64,000 nucleotides of DNA from an uncultured Clostridia bacterium (lineage in GTDB: Bacteria > Bacillota > Clostridia > Christensenellales > UBA3700). The position numbers and the translations under genes were made by a program. Below are positions 63,647-64,000 of this stretch, in pieces; position 1 is the stretch's first letter; every line of letters begins with the position of its first letter. The stretch is taken from the NCBI GenBank assembly GCA_947175555.1, contig CAMWNK010000003.1, positions 4,540-68,539 on the forward strand, read 5' to 3'. The notes under the pieces were generated by a model that had not been told where the DNA came from, did not search any database, and saw only the letters and a program-made list of their open reading frames with translations.

Positions 63647-64000
63647 TTAATCACCTGCACAAATCTTTTGGTTATATCCATAGGTCTTGTTATTGCCGTA
63701 CCTATTACTACCGCGTACACTCCGAGCGACCATACCTTTTCCAGTTGCGCGCTCTCCCATATCCCGCCTTCCGCTATTATGCGCCTATCGGGATATCGCC
63801 TGACAAGCTCGCTTATAAAATCGTAATCGGGGATAGACACGCCCTTACTCGCCTGCGTATATCCGCGCATCGTGGTGCCTATATAGTCAAAGCCCAGCCT
63901 GTCCGCCTCCGCTGCGCTCTCGAGATTATCGCAATCAGCCATTATAGCTACCTCGGGCGCATTGGCGCGGATATATTCAACCAGCTCCTGCAAAGACTGC
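63643..64000 (-). CDS. nanE: N-acetylmannosamine-6-phosphate 2-epimerase, C-terminal part; the 5' end lies outside the window
   Basis: Motifs FDYIGTTMRGYT, IAEGGIW and AVVIGTAITRP. The reading frame stays open to the window edge. Confidence 0.8.
   Translation of the reverse strand, partial: QSLQELVEYIRANAPEVAIMADCDNLESAAEADRLGFDYIGTTMRGYTQASKGVSIPDYDFISELVRRYPDRRIIAEGGIWESAQLEKVWSLGVYAVVIGTAITRPMDITKRFVQVIK

Overview
The window looks like chromosomal DNA from a Bacillota (Clostridia-like, plausibly gut-associated) bacterium. It uses the standard genetic code, GGAGG-type ribosome-binding sites and many TTGACA-17-TATAAT promoters. Marker content is tsaC(ywlC)-ywlE-rpiB synteny, comFC and a nanE-nanK-nanA sialic-acid operon.

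Layout:
- (1) 1-10.1 kb is a housekeeping and sugar block. It holds rpiB (partial), an LMW phosphatase, tsaC, a ZIP transporter, a plus-strand membrane-tethered YegP-domain protein, a response regulator-histidine kinase-manA operon, a GH13 alpha-glucosidase and comFC.
- (2) 10.16-45.56 kb holds two tandem minus-strand giant ORFs of 4,477 aa and 7,246 aa. Together they span 35.4 kb, 55% of the window. The larger is a predicted lipoprotein built from a hierarchical super-repeat I cannot assign to any family, interleaved with FN3-like domains. The smaller is an N-terminally anchored GLUG/MBG-type repeat protein whose C-terminus carries a tail-anchor followed in frame by a lipoprotein-like module with its own SD and start codon. 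This pair is the main candidate for an undescribed system.
- (3) 45.6-46.75 kb is an AT-rich non-coding region.
- (4) 46.75-51.8 kb holds a small membrane protein, MarR with a heterodimeric ABC exporter, and a NUDIX hydrolase.
- (5) 51.8-61.7 kb is an AT-rich accessory segment. An intact tyrosine integrase sits at one end; a decayed integrase remnant next to tRNA-Ala(GGC) sits at the other. Cargo is hypothetical membrane proteins, a BspA-type LRR surface protein behind a structured leader with a terminator, DUF3592-like, TetR with a flavoprotein, a VOC protein, and three paralogous promoter-hairpin-terminator cassettes (candidate sRNAs).
- (6) 61.8-64 kb is nanA-nanK-nanE (partial).

I saw no rRNA, CRISPR array, transposase or reverse transcriptase. 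All family assignments come from motif recognition by eye; no searches were run.
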